From the NCBI GenBank assembly GCA_051859245.1, contig JBHYGA010000009.1:38767-102766 (forward strand): a DNA stretch of 64,000 nucleotides. Reading direction: 5' to 3'. The notes under the pieces were generated by a model, which saw only the letters and a program-made list of their open reading frames with translations, did no database searches and was not told where the DNA came from. Positions within the stretch are counted from its first letter, which is position 1. Every line of letters begins with the position of its first letter. Of this stretch, positions 49,724 to 59,155 are shown piece by piece. Position numbers and translations under genes: made by a program. This DNA comes from Gemmatimonadaceae bacterium. Lineage in GTDB: Bacteria > Gemmatimonadota > Gemmatimonadetes > Gemmatimonadales > Gemmatimonadaceae.

Positions 49724-51076
49724 GTGACAATCCGACACTCTTTACTCGCCGCGGTTTCGATCGCGGCGGTTTCTTTCTCAGCCGCACCCAACGGCCTGCA
49801 GGCGCAGAGCGCCGCCGACGAAGCACGTCCGATCACGCTCGAAAGTGCGGTCGAAGCCGCGCAGCGCAACCTGCCAGCGGCTGTGCAGGCGCGTGGTTCG
49901 CTTCGCACGGCCTCGGCACAGCGTCGCAGCGCCATTGGCGCGTACATCCCCACGCTGAACATGAACGCGTCAACGGGACGCACGGCTGGCGCGACGTATT
50001 TCCAGGGTAACCTGGTGCCGCTCACCGGTAATCCGTGGAGCTACAGCAACGGTCTCAGCTCGAACATCGAGTTGTTCGATGGCGGACGGCGTTTGTATGA
50101 ACTGCGTCGCACGGCGGCACAGATTGATGTGGCGGAGGTTGGCCTCACCTCGGCGCGCTTTGATATCGCGTTGCAGGTGAAGACGCAGTATTACGCGGTG
50201 CTGGCGGCGCGCGAGTCGGAATCGGCCGCGCGTGCACAGCTTGAGCAGGCGGAGGCGCAGTTGCAGGCGTCTGTTGCCCGCGTGAGTGCTGGTGCGGCCA
50301 CCAAGTCTGATTCGTTGCGCGCGGTGGTACAGGTCGGCAATGCACGGCTCGCCATTCTCACCGCGGAGAACGATCTGCGTGTGGCCAACGCGGCCCTCAC
50401 GCGACTGGTCAGCTCCGACGCGACCGTCACCGCAGAGCCGTCAGACACGGCCGCACTGCCGGACGAAACGGCGCTGCCGAATCTGGCGGATCTCGAGCGC
50501 ATGGCAATGCGTGGTCCGGCAGTGATGACGGCCGACGCGAATCTGGCGGCGGCACGCGCGGCTCGTCGCAGCGCACGCACGCAGTACATGCCCACAATTT
50601 CGATGTCGTTCAACTACGGTCTGAACGAAGCGAGTCGGAGTTTTGCCGGCGGCAACCTGTTGCTGTTCGGCGAGCGTGCACCAACGCGTCAGACGTACAA
50701 CTTCAACTTGCAGTTCCCGCTCTTCAACGGCTTCAACCGCGAAGCGCAGCAGACGACCGCTGCGGTGGCGGTTGACAATGCGGCGGCCACGGCGCGTGAT
50801 GCGCAGCTGGTGGCGCGACAGAACCTCACGCAGCAGCTGCGTGCGCTGCAGACGGCGGCGGCGCGTGTGCAGGTGCAGTTGGCCACGATTGAAGCGTCGG
50901 AAGAAGATTTGCGTGTGCAGCAGCAGCGCTACGCGCTGGGTGCCAGCAACGCACTCGACCTGCTCACGTCGCAGACGCAGTTGAATGCAGCTCGCATTGC
51001 TCTGATTCAGGCGCGTCTCGACGCGCGTGTTGCAAAAGCGCAGCTCGAAGCGCTGCTCGGCCAGAACTTGCCATGA
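49724..51076 (+). CDS. TolC family outer membrane protein
   Basis: Signal peptide, ITLESAVEAAQRN, LFDGG, PLFNG, RYALG...LDLL. AAGGAG RBS before GTG 49724. Confidence 0.9.
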   Translation: MTIRHSLLAAVSIAAVSFSAAPNGLQAQSAADEARPITLESAVEAAQRNLPAAVQARGSLRTASAQRRSAIGAYIPTLNMNASTGRTAGATYFQGNLVPLTGNPWSYSNGLSSNIELFDGGRRLYELRRTAAQIDVAEVGLTSARFDIALQVKTQYYAVLAARESESAARAQLEQAEAQLQASVARVSAGAATKSDSLRAVVQVGNARLAILTAENDLRVANAALTRLVSSDATVTAEPSDTAALPDETALPNLADLERMAMRGPAVMTADANLAAARAARRSARTQYMPTISMSFNYGLNEASRSFAGGNLLLFGERAPTRQTYNFNLQFPLFNGFNREAQQTTAAVAVDNAAATARDAQLVARQNLTQQLRALQTAAARVQVQLATIEASEEDLRVQQQRYALGASNALDLLTSQTQLNAARIALIQARLDARVAKAQLEALLGQNLP

Positions 51077-52620
51077 CCCCGACACATACCGAAACCCGAT
51101 CAGGGTTTAATTTTCCGGAGCGCCGTACCGTGAAGCGATCGTTTGTTCTAACACTGAGCGCGCTCGCGTTGCTTGGTGCGTGCAAAAAGGAAGTTGAGCA
51201 AACGGCGCCGATCGATAATGTGAAGGTGGAGCGTCGCGACATTGTGGTCGATGCGCAGGCCACCGGCACGGTGGAACCGATTGAAGTGGTGGAAGTGAAA
51301 TCGCAGGCATCGGGGCTTGTGTTGCAGATGCCGGTGGAAACCGGCACCAACGTGCAGCCGGGCGATCTGATCGTGCAGATCGACACGCGCGATCTGAAGA
51401 ATCAGCTCGATCAGGCGCAGGCCGATTTGCGTTCGTCTGAAGCGTCGCTCGAAGTGGCCAAGGCGCAGAAGGAACGCTCCGACGAACTGTACAAGACGCG
51501 CATTATCACGGCGCAGGAAAACGAACAGGCCAACCTGGCCTACACGCAGGCGCAGGCCAACGTGATTCGCGTGCGTACCAGTGTGAACATTGCGCAGCAG
51601 CGTCTTGATGAAGCGCGCGTCACCGCGCCGGTGGCCGGCACGGTGATCGCCAAGACAGTGTCACTCGGCCAGGTGATTCAGTCTGCGACGAGCGTGATGG
51701 GCGGTGGTTCAACTATCGTGACCATGGCCGACTTGTCGCGCGTGCAGATGCGCGCGTTCATGAATGAAACCGATATTGGCAAGATCAACTCGGGTCAGGA
51801 AGCCCGCGTGGTCGTTGATGCGTTTCCGGATCGTGTGTTCAGCGGCAACGTAGAAAAGGTGGAACCGCAGGCCGTGATTCAACAGAGTGTCACGATGTTC
51901 CCGGTGATCATTTCGCTGCCGAACAACGAACGCCTGTTGCTGCCCGGCATGAACGGTGAAGTGTCGGTGAATGTGGAACGCAAACTGAATGTGATCGCGG
52001 TACCGAATGACGCCATTCGCAACGTGCGCGAAGCACAGGCTACGGCGTTGGTGCTCGGCATTGACAGCGCCACGTTTGCGGCGGCGGTTCGCCCGGGTGG
52101 TGCACCGGGTGAGCGCACGGCGGCAGCGGCGGATACCGCCGCGGGTCGTACGGTGGCCATGGGTGGCGCCGATTCCGCGCGTGGCGGCGCGCGCGGTGCG
52201 GCTGGCGCTCCCGGCGGACAGCCGACGGGCGGTCAGCCGTCGGCTGGCGGCGGGCGTCCTGGTGGTGCACGCAACGGTGGCGGCGGTGCGCCGGCGATGG
52301 GCGGACGTCGTGGTGGCGCAGCGGCTCGTTCTGGCGTGGTGTTCGTGGTGTCGGACAGCGGTGCGTATGAAGCGCGTCTCGTTCGCCTTGGTGTTGCGGA
52401 CTACGATTATTCGGAAGTGATCAGCGGTGTGAAGGAGGGTGAGACGGTGGCGTCACTCGCGATGGTCGCGCTGCAGGCGGCGCGAGATCAGCGCAACGCT
52501 CGCTTTGGTCAGATGGGCGGCGTGCCGGGACTTACGCGTCAGCCGGCCGCGGGAACAGCGCCGGCCGGTGGTGGCGGCGGCGGTGGCGGTGGTGGTGGAC
52601 GTCCCCCGGGAGGGCGCTAG
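51073..52620 (+). CDS. Efflux periplasmic adaptor (MacA-like MFP) with Gly-rich insertions
   Basis: LLGAC lipobox, ATGTVEP, VKSQASG, VTAPVAGTV, ETDIG, LLPGM. Confidence 0.92.
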   Translation: MTPTHTETRSGFNFPERRTVKRSFVLTLSALALLGACKKEVEQTAPIDNVKVERRDIVVDAQATGTVEPIEVVEVKSQASGLVLQMPVETGTNVQPGDLIVQIDTRDLKNQLDQAQADLRSSEASLEVAKAQKERSDELYKTRIITAQENEQANLAYTQAQANVIRVRTSVNIAQQRLDEARVTAPVAGTVIAKTVSLGQVIQSATSVMGGGSTIVTMADLSRVQMRAFMNETDIGKINSGQEARVVVDAFPDRVFSGNVEKVEPQAVIQQSVTMFPVIISLPNNERLLLPGMNGEVSVNVERKLNVIAVPNDAIRNVREAQATALVLGIDSATFAAAVRPGGAPGERTAAAADTAAGRTVAMGGADSARGGARGAAGAPGGQPTGGQPSAGGGRPGGARNGGGGAPAMGGRRGGAAARSGVVFVVSDSGAYEARLVRLGVADYDYSEVISGVKEGETVASLAMVALQAARDQRNARFGQMGGVPGLTRQPAAGTAPAGGGGGGGGGGGRPPGGR

Positions 52621-52622
52621 CC

Positions 52623-53843
52623 ATGATGTGGGCTGAGGTGTTTCGCGTTGCGCTCGGCGCACTGCGCGCCAACAAGTTGCGCAGCTTGCTCACCATGCTC
52701 GGCATTGTCATTGGTGTGAGCGCCGTGATCGCGATGGACGGTATCGGTCGCGGTGCGCAAAAGGCGATCAATGATCGCATCACGGCGCTGGGCACTACGT
52801 TGCTCACGGTGAATCCCGGGCAGGTGGCCAGTCGTGGTGTGTCGTCGGAAACGGACCGGGCGCGACTTCGCATTCGCGACGCCGAGGCGTTGATTGCGAA
52901 CTCCAGGATCAGCAAGGGCATTCAGCCCGAGATGAACCGGCAGTTGCAGGTGCAGTACATGAGCCGCAACACGAGCACACAGATTCTTGGCACTACGCCG
53001 AACTACGCGGAAGTACGCAAGTACGAGCTCGAAGTCGGGCGCATGTTCACGCAGCGCGAAGACGAAGGTAAACAGCGTGTGGCGGTACTCGGACCGGTGG
53101 TGGCGCAGAGCCTGGGCGTTACCAACCCTGCAGCACTGCTCAATCAGCCGATCCGTATTCGTGGCATTCAGTTCACGGTGATTGGCGTGCTCAAGTCCAA
53201 GGGGCAGACTACGCCGTGGCAGAATCCTGATGATCAGGTGGTGATTCCGCTGCAGACGGCGCGGTTTCGTTTGATGGGTACGGACCGTCTGCGTTCGATC
53301 TCGGTGCTGGCCCCGTCGGAAGATTCCATTCCGCAAACGATGGCGGAGATCCAGCGCATTCTTCGCCGCGAGCACAAGCTCATGCGCGAAACGCCGGATG
53401 ATTTTGAGATCCGCAATCAGGCTGACTTTCTGAATACTGCGGCGGAAACGAGCAAAGTGTTTGGCTCGCTGCTCGCGGGCATTGCTGCCGTGTCGCTGCT
53501 GGTGGGTGGCATTGGCATCATGAACATCATGCTGGTGTCAGTCACCGAGCGTACACGCGAGATTGGCGTGCGCAAAGCGCTGGGTGCCACGAAGATCAAC
53601 ATCCTGCTGCAGTTCCTGATCGAAGCCGTGGTACTCTGCTTGCTGGGCGGTTTGATTGGCGTAATCCTCGGCGGCGGCGGTGCGATTCTGCTCGGCAATG
53701 TGTTCAACTGGAATACAGAGCTGAGCGCACAGTCGATCGTCATGGCCTTTGCGTTCTCGGCAACGGTTGGTGTGCTGTTCGGTGTGTGGCCGGCCCGGCG
53801 CGCGGCAGGACTCGATCCCATTACCGCACTGCGCTACGAGTAA
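52623..53843 (+). CDS. MacB/FtsX-like ABC transporter permease (no ATPase domain)
   Basis: NKLRSLLTMLGIVIGV, VGGIGIMNIMLVSVTERTREIG.RKALGA, PARRAA.LDPI.ALRYE. Confidence 0.95.
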   Translation: MMWAEVFRVALGALRANKLRSLLTMLGIVIGVSAVIAMDGIGRGAQKAINDRITALGTTLLTVNPGQVASRGVSSETDRARLRIRDAEALIANSRISKGIQPEMNRQLQVQYMSRNTSTQILGTTPNYAEVRKYELEVGRMFTQREDEGKQRVAVLGPVVAQSLGVTNPAALLNQPIRIRGIQFTVIGVLKSKGQTTPWQNPDDQVVIPLQTARFRLMGTDRLRSISVLAPSEDSIPQTMAEIQRILRREHKLMRETPDDFEIRNQADFLNTAAETSKVFGSLLAGIAAVSLLVGGIGIMNIMLVSVTERTREIGVRKALGATKINILLQFLIEAVVLCLLGGLIGVILGGGGAILLGNVFNWNTELSAQSIVMAFAFSATVGVLFGVWPARRAAGLDPITALRYE

Positions 53844-53880
53844 CGGTTTCAGCGATCGGGCTCCGCCTTATCAGCACATG

Positions 53881-53922
53881 AGAAAAGGACCATCTCTCCA
53901 GCACGCGAGATGGTCCTTTTCT
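53881..53922 (+). terminator. Rho-independent terminator
   Basis: AGAAAAGGACCATCTC-loop-GAGATGGTCCTTTTCT followed by ATTTT. Confidence 0.85.
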
Positions 53923-53988
53923 ATTTTGCGTGGGTACGAAGTTCGAGATTCCGTCCCGCCTGCCCTGCCCCGCCTCTGGAGTTGCCGC

Positions 53989-56900
53989 GTGCTGCAATGG
54001 ACCCGCGCCTCGATTTCCGCTCTGACGTTTCTGTTTTTGCTCTGTGTCCCGACGCGACCAGGCGCCAGGCTGCAGGCGCAGACGTCGCAGACAGGCGCGA
54101 TTCAGGGCATTGTGGCCATTCCCAATGGCCGGCCTGTCGCGAACGTGGCGGTCACACTCCGCCGAACAGACGGTTCGTATCCGCGTACGTCGCTCACCAA
54201 CGAGTTCGGCGAGTTTCGTATCAACTTCATTGCACCCGGCACGTATGAGCTCAGCACACGGCTGATTGGCTATCGGCCCGTGGTGTTCGCAAACCTGAGC
54301 GTGCAGGCCTCCGATGTGCAGCGTCTGGTCATTACCCTGACGCCCTCGCGCACGGAGCTTGAGCCGGTACAGGTCACCGCCGGCGACGCGCTGGTGTCAA
54401 CGAGCAACACGGAGTTTACGTCGTCGCTTCGCGCGCGCGAACGTGAACTCCTGCCGGCGGCGCGTGACGCCAACGCGCTGGTGAACTTCACGCCAGGTGC
54501 GCGGCCCAATCAGGTATTCGGTGGCTCCGGTGCGCAGGCCAACACGTACCAGCTCGATGGTGTCACGGTGAATCAGCCCGGCGTCGGCGGCGCCTTTTTG
54601 CTGCCGAACGTTGACTGGATTGAAGACTTCAAAGTGATTGGGCTGGGCGCCGGCGCGGAGTACGGCAACTTTCAGGGCGGTCTCATTAACATCGTGACCA
54701 AGTCTGGCTCCAATACGCGTCAGGGGCACATTCGCACCTTCTTCGAGCATCGGTCGCTGAACGCGAGCAACACCAACGTGAATGAAGTTGGTTCGGAGCT
54801 CGACAACCGTTTCGAGTTCAACGGAGAGGTGCGCGGTCCGCTCATTCGCGACAAGCTGTACTACTACGTGTCTGCACAGGAATCGCAGAGCGGCAATCGC
54901 GTGGTGGATCAGCGTGCGCAAAACGCCGAACAGATTTCGTACCTTGGCACGCTGACCGAACGTCGCGAGCAGAAGTACTACGGCAAACTCACGTATCAGT
55001 CGGGGCCAAAGGACATTCTGAATGCGTCCGTTGGTTATGACAATGTGACGCGTGAACGAGTGGGGCTCTCGGGCTTTAGCGCAATCAATGCCACCACGCA
55101 GGGCCGTTCTCCCAGCGTGTTCTATCAGGCGAACTGGCAGCGCACGATGAGCAACAACCGCTTCTTTGAGTTCAAAGTGTCGGGGTACTCGGGACAGGAC
55201 AACGAGCTGCCGTACAATGGCGAGAATGTGCCCGCTGTTGTGTTGCTTGACGCACCCAACGCGCCGCTGTTCAACAACGCGTACTACACGCGTCGCAACT
55301 CGCCAAGCAGTCTTGGTTTGAGCGCCATGTACGATTCGTATTTCAATACGATTGGGTGGTTGCACAACCTCAAGCTGGGCGGCGAGTACGTATTCGGGAG
55401 CTGGCTTGAGCGGCGCACTCGCAACGGTGGTCTCACCTGGTACACGGAGGCGGGCGAAAACTTTGACGCGTCGAATCCGGCAACGTGGCAAACCATTCCG
55501 AGTCTTGGCGTGTACGCGTCAACGGATACGGGCGGGCGAATTGATCTCAACGCCAACACGCGGAACGCGGCGCTGTACGTGCAGGACTACGTGCGCATCA
55601 ACGATCACCTGTCAATCAACGCCGGGCTGCGCTTTAATCAGTGGCAAGGATTGATCAGGCCCGGCAATGGCGGCGGATCGCGCCGTACGGGACGATTCAC
55701 GGCGGTGAATGCGCGGGCATTTGATCCGCGCATTGGGGCCACGGTGGATATGTTTGGCGACGCGAGTCTTGTGGCCAAAGCACACTGGGGACGGTTTCAT
55801 CAGAACATGTTCGCGCTGCTTTTTGATCGGGCGCCAGGCGCGAATGTGTTTACGAACATCGACTTCTGCGACTGGAACAACCTCGACAAAACCGTGCTGC
55901 CCGAGCTGGGCCGACAGTACTCACGCGGCGAGTTTGGCCAGCTCTTTACGTGCTTTCCCGGTTCAAATCTGGCCAACGAAGCGGAAGCAATTGAAGACTA
56001 TAAACAGCCGTACATGGACCAGATCACGTTGGGGCTGGAAAAGGCAATCAATCGGCAGCTGAAAGCGTCGGTGCTTTACATCAATCGGCAGAACAAATCG
56101 ATTCTGAGTCTCGTTGATACGCGCATCAACCGTAGCTGGGTGCCAATCAACAATGTGCGCGTATCCGATGCGCGCGGCGCGGTGAAGGACCCTGACGGTC
56201 GTGATCTGGTGCTGCCCGTGATTTATGTGCGCGGTGACGATATCAGGGCGCGACTGCGGGCGGGCGACAACATTCCGGGCTATTCGCTGCCTGATACCTC
56301 ACAGCTGTTCTACAATCCGGTGTTTGTGCTGCGGCCGGTAGACGAAGCGCAGCGCAGCTTCAGTCAGGTGCAGTTGGCGCTGCAGGGCGACTACGCACGT
56401 GTGTCATTCAACGCCGCGATCGCCTTTACGCAGCTTACCGGCAATGTGTTCTCGGTGAACGGGTACGTGAACACAGCCGGTGAAGGCGTAGGGCCGTTCG
56501 TGGAGAAAAACGCGCAGATCAACTATCAGGGCAATCTGCCGAACTTTTCGCCGTGGGACGTCAAGCTTCGTGCCAGTGGCCAGCTACCGTGGGGCTTTGA
56601 AGGCGGTGCTTTCTTCACGTACATCGCGGGCGACTACTGGGCACCGAGCCTCAGTGTGACTCGGCAGCTGCGGTACGAGGTGGAGAATGCGGACGGTTCG
56701 CTCACGCCACTCAGTGACGAGCTGTTTCGTAATAGCTCGGGGCAGTTCGTGCTCACAGAGCCGCGCGGCAACCGGCAGTTCTCGGGGCAGGCCAACCTTG
56801 ATCTTCGCTTGCAGCGTGTATTCACGATCGGCCGTAATGACCTGATTCTCGGCGTCGAGGCGTTCAATCTGTTCAATGGAAGTGCGGCCACCGCGGTGAA

Positions 56901-57009
56901 TCAGGTGCTGAACAATCAGGATCCAGCCACACCGAGCTCGTTGGTGGGAGCGGTGCGTGCACGACAGCTGCCGACCACGTTCCGATTGAACGTGCAGTAC
57001 AGACTCTGA
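53989..57009 (+). CDS. TonB-dependent receptor (Oar-like) with carboxypeptidase-regulatory N-domain
   Basis: TGAIQGIV..., PGTYEL, NTYQLDG, AEYGNFQGGLINIVTKSGSN plug, PRIGAT, C-terminal FRLNVQYRL. GGAG RBS before GTG 53989. Confidence 0.88.
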   Translation: MLQWTRASISALTFLFLLCVPTRPGARLQAQTSQTGAIQGIVAIPNGRPVANVAVTLRRTDGSYPRTSLTNEFGEFRINFIAPGTYELSTRLIGYRPVVFANLSVQASDVQRLVITLTPSRTELEPVQVTAGDALVSTSNTEFTSSLRARERELLPAARDANALVNFTPGARPNQVFGGSGAQANTYQLDGVTVNQPGVGGAFLLPNVDWIEDFKVIGLGAGAEYGNFQGGLINIVTKSGSNTRQGHIRTFFEHRSLNASNTNVNEVGSELDNRFEFNGEVRGPLIRDKLYYYVSAQESQSGNRVVDQRAQNAEQISYLGTLTERREQKYYGKLTYQSGPKDILNASVGYDNVTRERVGLSGFSAINATTQGRSPSVFYQANWQRTMSNNRFFEFKVSGYSGQDNELPYNGENVPAVVLLDAPNAPLFNNAYYTRRNSPSSLGLSAMYDSYFNTIGWLHNLKLGGEYVFGSWLERRTRNGGLTWYTEAGENFDASNPATWQTIPSLGVYASTDTGGRIDLNANTRNAALYVQDYVRINDHLSINAGLRFNQWQGLIRPGNGGGSRRTGRFTAVNARAFDPRIGATVDMFGDASLVAKAHWGRFHQNMFALLFDRAPGANVFTNIDFCDWNNLDKTVLPELGRQYSRGEFGQLFTCFPGSNLANEAEAIEDYKQPYMDQITLGLEKAINRQLKASVLYINRQNKSILSLVDTRINRSWVPINNVRVSDARGAVKDPDGRDLVLPVIYVRGDDIRARLRAGDNIPGYSLPDTSQLFYNPVFVLRPVDEAQRSFSQVQLALQGDYARVSFNAAIAFTQLTGNVFSVNGYVNTAGEGVGPFVEKNAQINYQGNLPNFSPWDVKLRASGQLPWGFEGGAFFTYIAGDYWAPSLSVTRQLRYEVENADGSLTPLSDELFRNSSGQFVLTEPRGNRQFSGQANLDLRLQRVFTIGRNDLILGVEAFNLFNGSAATAVNQVLNNQDPATPSSLVGAVRARQLPTTFRLNVQYRL

Positions 57010-57072
57010 GGTCATAGTTGCTGCGCGTGGCTTCCATTGGGGGGAGCAGTCCCTAAGTTTCTGCCTTGTCCC

Positions 57073-59109
57073 ATGTCTGAGCCTGTCCCCGAGTCCACTG
57101 AACCGCCGTCCAAACCGGCTGCTGGTGCGCCCCCGAACCCGTCGCCATCCGCGACGCACACGGGGACGCACAGCGCTCAGCTCAGTGGCACGTATTCGGC
57201 GACCAACCGCTCACCGCACCGCAGCAGCGAACCTCCCACCGGTAAACGCCTCGCGGTCCTGAGCCTTACTGCGCTTGGCGTGGTGTACGGTGACATTGGC
57301 ACCAGCCCGCTCTACGCACTGAAAGAGTGTTTCGGGCATGTGTACGGGCTGCTGCCCACACCGGAAAATGTGTACGGCGTGCTGTCGCTCATTTTCTGGG
57401 CGCTGACGCTCGTGATCAGCGGCAAGTACGTCACCTTCATTCTGCGAGCGGATAACCGCGGCGAAGGCGGCACGCTCTCACTACTGGCGCTGATTTTTCC
57501 TCGCCGAACGCCCGGTGGAGTGGCGCGCACGCGAGGTTTCTGGCTGGTAGCGCTCGCACTCTTCGGTGCAGCATTGCTCTACGGTGATGGTGTGATCACA
57601 CCGGCCATGTCGGTGCTCGGTGCCATGGAAGGACTCGAAGTGGCATCGCCGCAGCTCAAGCGATTCGTTGTGCCGCTGGCGGTCATCATTCTCGTTGGTT
57701 TCTTCGCGCTGCAAAAACACGGCACGGATCGCGTGGGCAAACTGTTTGGCCCCGTCATGCTGGTGTGGTTTACGACAATCGCGATTCTTGGTCTCAAGGA
57801 GATCATACAATCACCGCAGATTCTCCTCTCGGTGAATCCGATGTACGCGGTGCAGTTTGCCATGGCGAACGGCGTGCTGGCGTTTCTGGTGCTCGGATCC
57901 GTCGTGCTCGTGATCACGGGCGGCGAGGCACTCTACGCCGACATGGGACACTTTGGAAAACGCCCCATTCGATTGGCCTGGCTGTTTTTCGTGATGCCCG
58001 CACTGTTGATCAACTACTTCGGGCAGGGCGCACTGCTGTTGCGCGATCCGCTGGCTGTGGCCAACCCGTTCTTCAATCTGGCGCCGCGCTGGTTCCTGTA
58101 TCCTCTGCTTGCGATTGCCACGATGGCCGCGATCGTGGCCTCGCAGGCGATGATCTCGGGCGCGTTCAGCCTGACGCGCACCGCCATTCAGCTCGGCTTT
58201 CTGCCGCGCATGGATATTCGCCACACGTCGTCAATTGAAGAGGGGCAGATCTACGTTCCCGAAATCAACATGGCGGTTGGTGTTGGCTGCATTCTGATTG
58301 TGCTCGGCTTCCAGAACACCAGCTCGCTCGGCGCGGCGTACGGCATTGCCGTCACGGGCACAATGACGATCACGACGGTGCTGTTTTACGTGGTGGCGCG
58401 CATTCGCTTTCGCTGGCCGGCGTGGCAGGCGGGTTTGTTGTGCGGCGCGTTCCTGATCATTGATCTGCTGTTCTTTGGCGCGAACATCGTGAAGGTGATG
58501 CACGGCGGATGGGTGCCGCTGGTGCTCGGTCTTGTGATCTTCGTGAGCATGCTCACCTGGAAACGCGGCCGAGCCATTCTTCAACAGAAGTTGCTGGACG
58601 CGACACTGCCGCTCGATCTGTTCCTCGACGATGTGAAACGACGCCAGCCGCACCGTGTGCGCGGATCTGCGGTGGTGATGACATCAACGGTAGACGGCGT
58701 GCCGCCCGTGCTGCTGCATCATCTCAAGCACAACCAGGTGTTGCACCAGCAGGTGATCCTGCTCTCGGTGCTCACCGACGACACGCCAGAAGTGCCGGGC
58801 AACGAACGCGTGGAAGTGCAGGATCTGGGCGAAGGATTCTTCCGTGTGATTGCGCATTACGGGTTCATGCAAACACCCGATGTGACAGATATCCTCACGC
58901 GTGCCAAGCTGCTCGGCCTCAACTGTCGCCCGAATGAGACCACCTATCTGCTCGGTCGAGAGCGACTGATTCCCACAGGACCGGCAAAGCTGAGCCGGTG
59001 GCGCAAACAGCTGTTCGTGGTCATGTCGCGCAACGCGCGCAGCGCCACTGAGTTTTTCGGGTTGCCGTCCAACCGCGTTGTTGAGCTCGGGACGCAAATC
59101 GAGTTTTAG
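57073..59109 (+). CDS. kup: Potassium uptake protein Kup
   Basis: GVVYGDIGTSPLYA, ADNRGEGG, GDGVITPA, GGEALYADMGHF, NRVVELG. Confidence 0.97.
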   Translation: MSEPVPESTEPPSKPAAGAPPNPSPSATHTGTHSAQLSGTYSATNRSPHRSSEPPTGKRLAVLSLTALGVVYGDIGTSPLYALKECFGHVYGLLPTPENVYGVLSLIFWALTLVISGKYVTFILRADNRGEGGTLSLLALIFPRRTPGGVARTRGFWLVALALFGAALLYGDGVITPAMSVLGAMEGLEVASPQLKRFVVPLAVIILVGFFALQKHGTDRVGKLFGPVMLVWFTTIAILGLKEIIQSPQILLSVNPMYAVQFAMANGVLAFLVLGSVVLVITGGEALYADMGHFGKRPIRLAWLFFVMPALLINYFGQGALLLRDPLAVANPFFNLAPRWFLYPLLAIATMAAIVASQAMISGAFSLTRTAIQLGFLPRMDIRHTSSIEEGQIYVPEINMAVGVGCILIVLGFQNTSSLGAAYGIAVTGTMTITTVLFYVVARIRFRWPAWQAGLLCGAFLIIDLLFFGANIVKVMHGGWVPLVLGLVIFVSMLTWKRGRAILQQKLLDATLPLDLFLDDVKRRQPHRVRGSAVVMTSTVDGVPPVLLHHLKHNQVLHQQVILLSVLTDDTPEVPGNERVEVQDLGEGFFRVIAHYGFMQTPDVTDILTRAKLLGLNCRPNETTYLLGRERLIPTGPAKLSRWRKQLFVVMSRNARSATEFFGLPSNRVVELGTQIEF

Positions 59110-59155
59110 ACCGCGCATCTCAGGCGCGGGGTATTCCCTTCACCTCACACGTCCG

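Noticed and set aside
49716..49727. Micro-ORF ATG-ACC-GCG-TGA bridging the Spy-like gene and tolC
   Set aside because: The AAGGAG RBS is only 2 nt from this ATG but well spaced for the tolC GTG
52567..52599. GGY trinucleotide run
   Set aside because: Encodes the poly-Gly tail of the MFP
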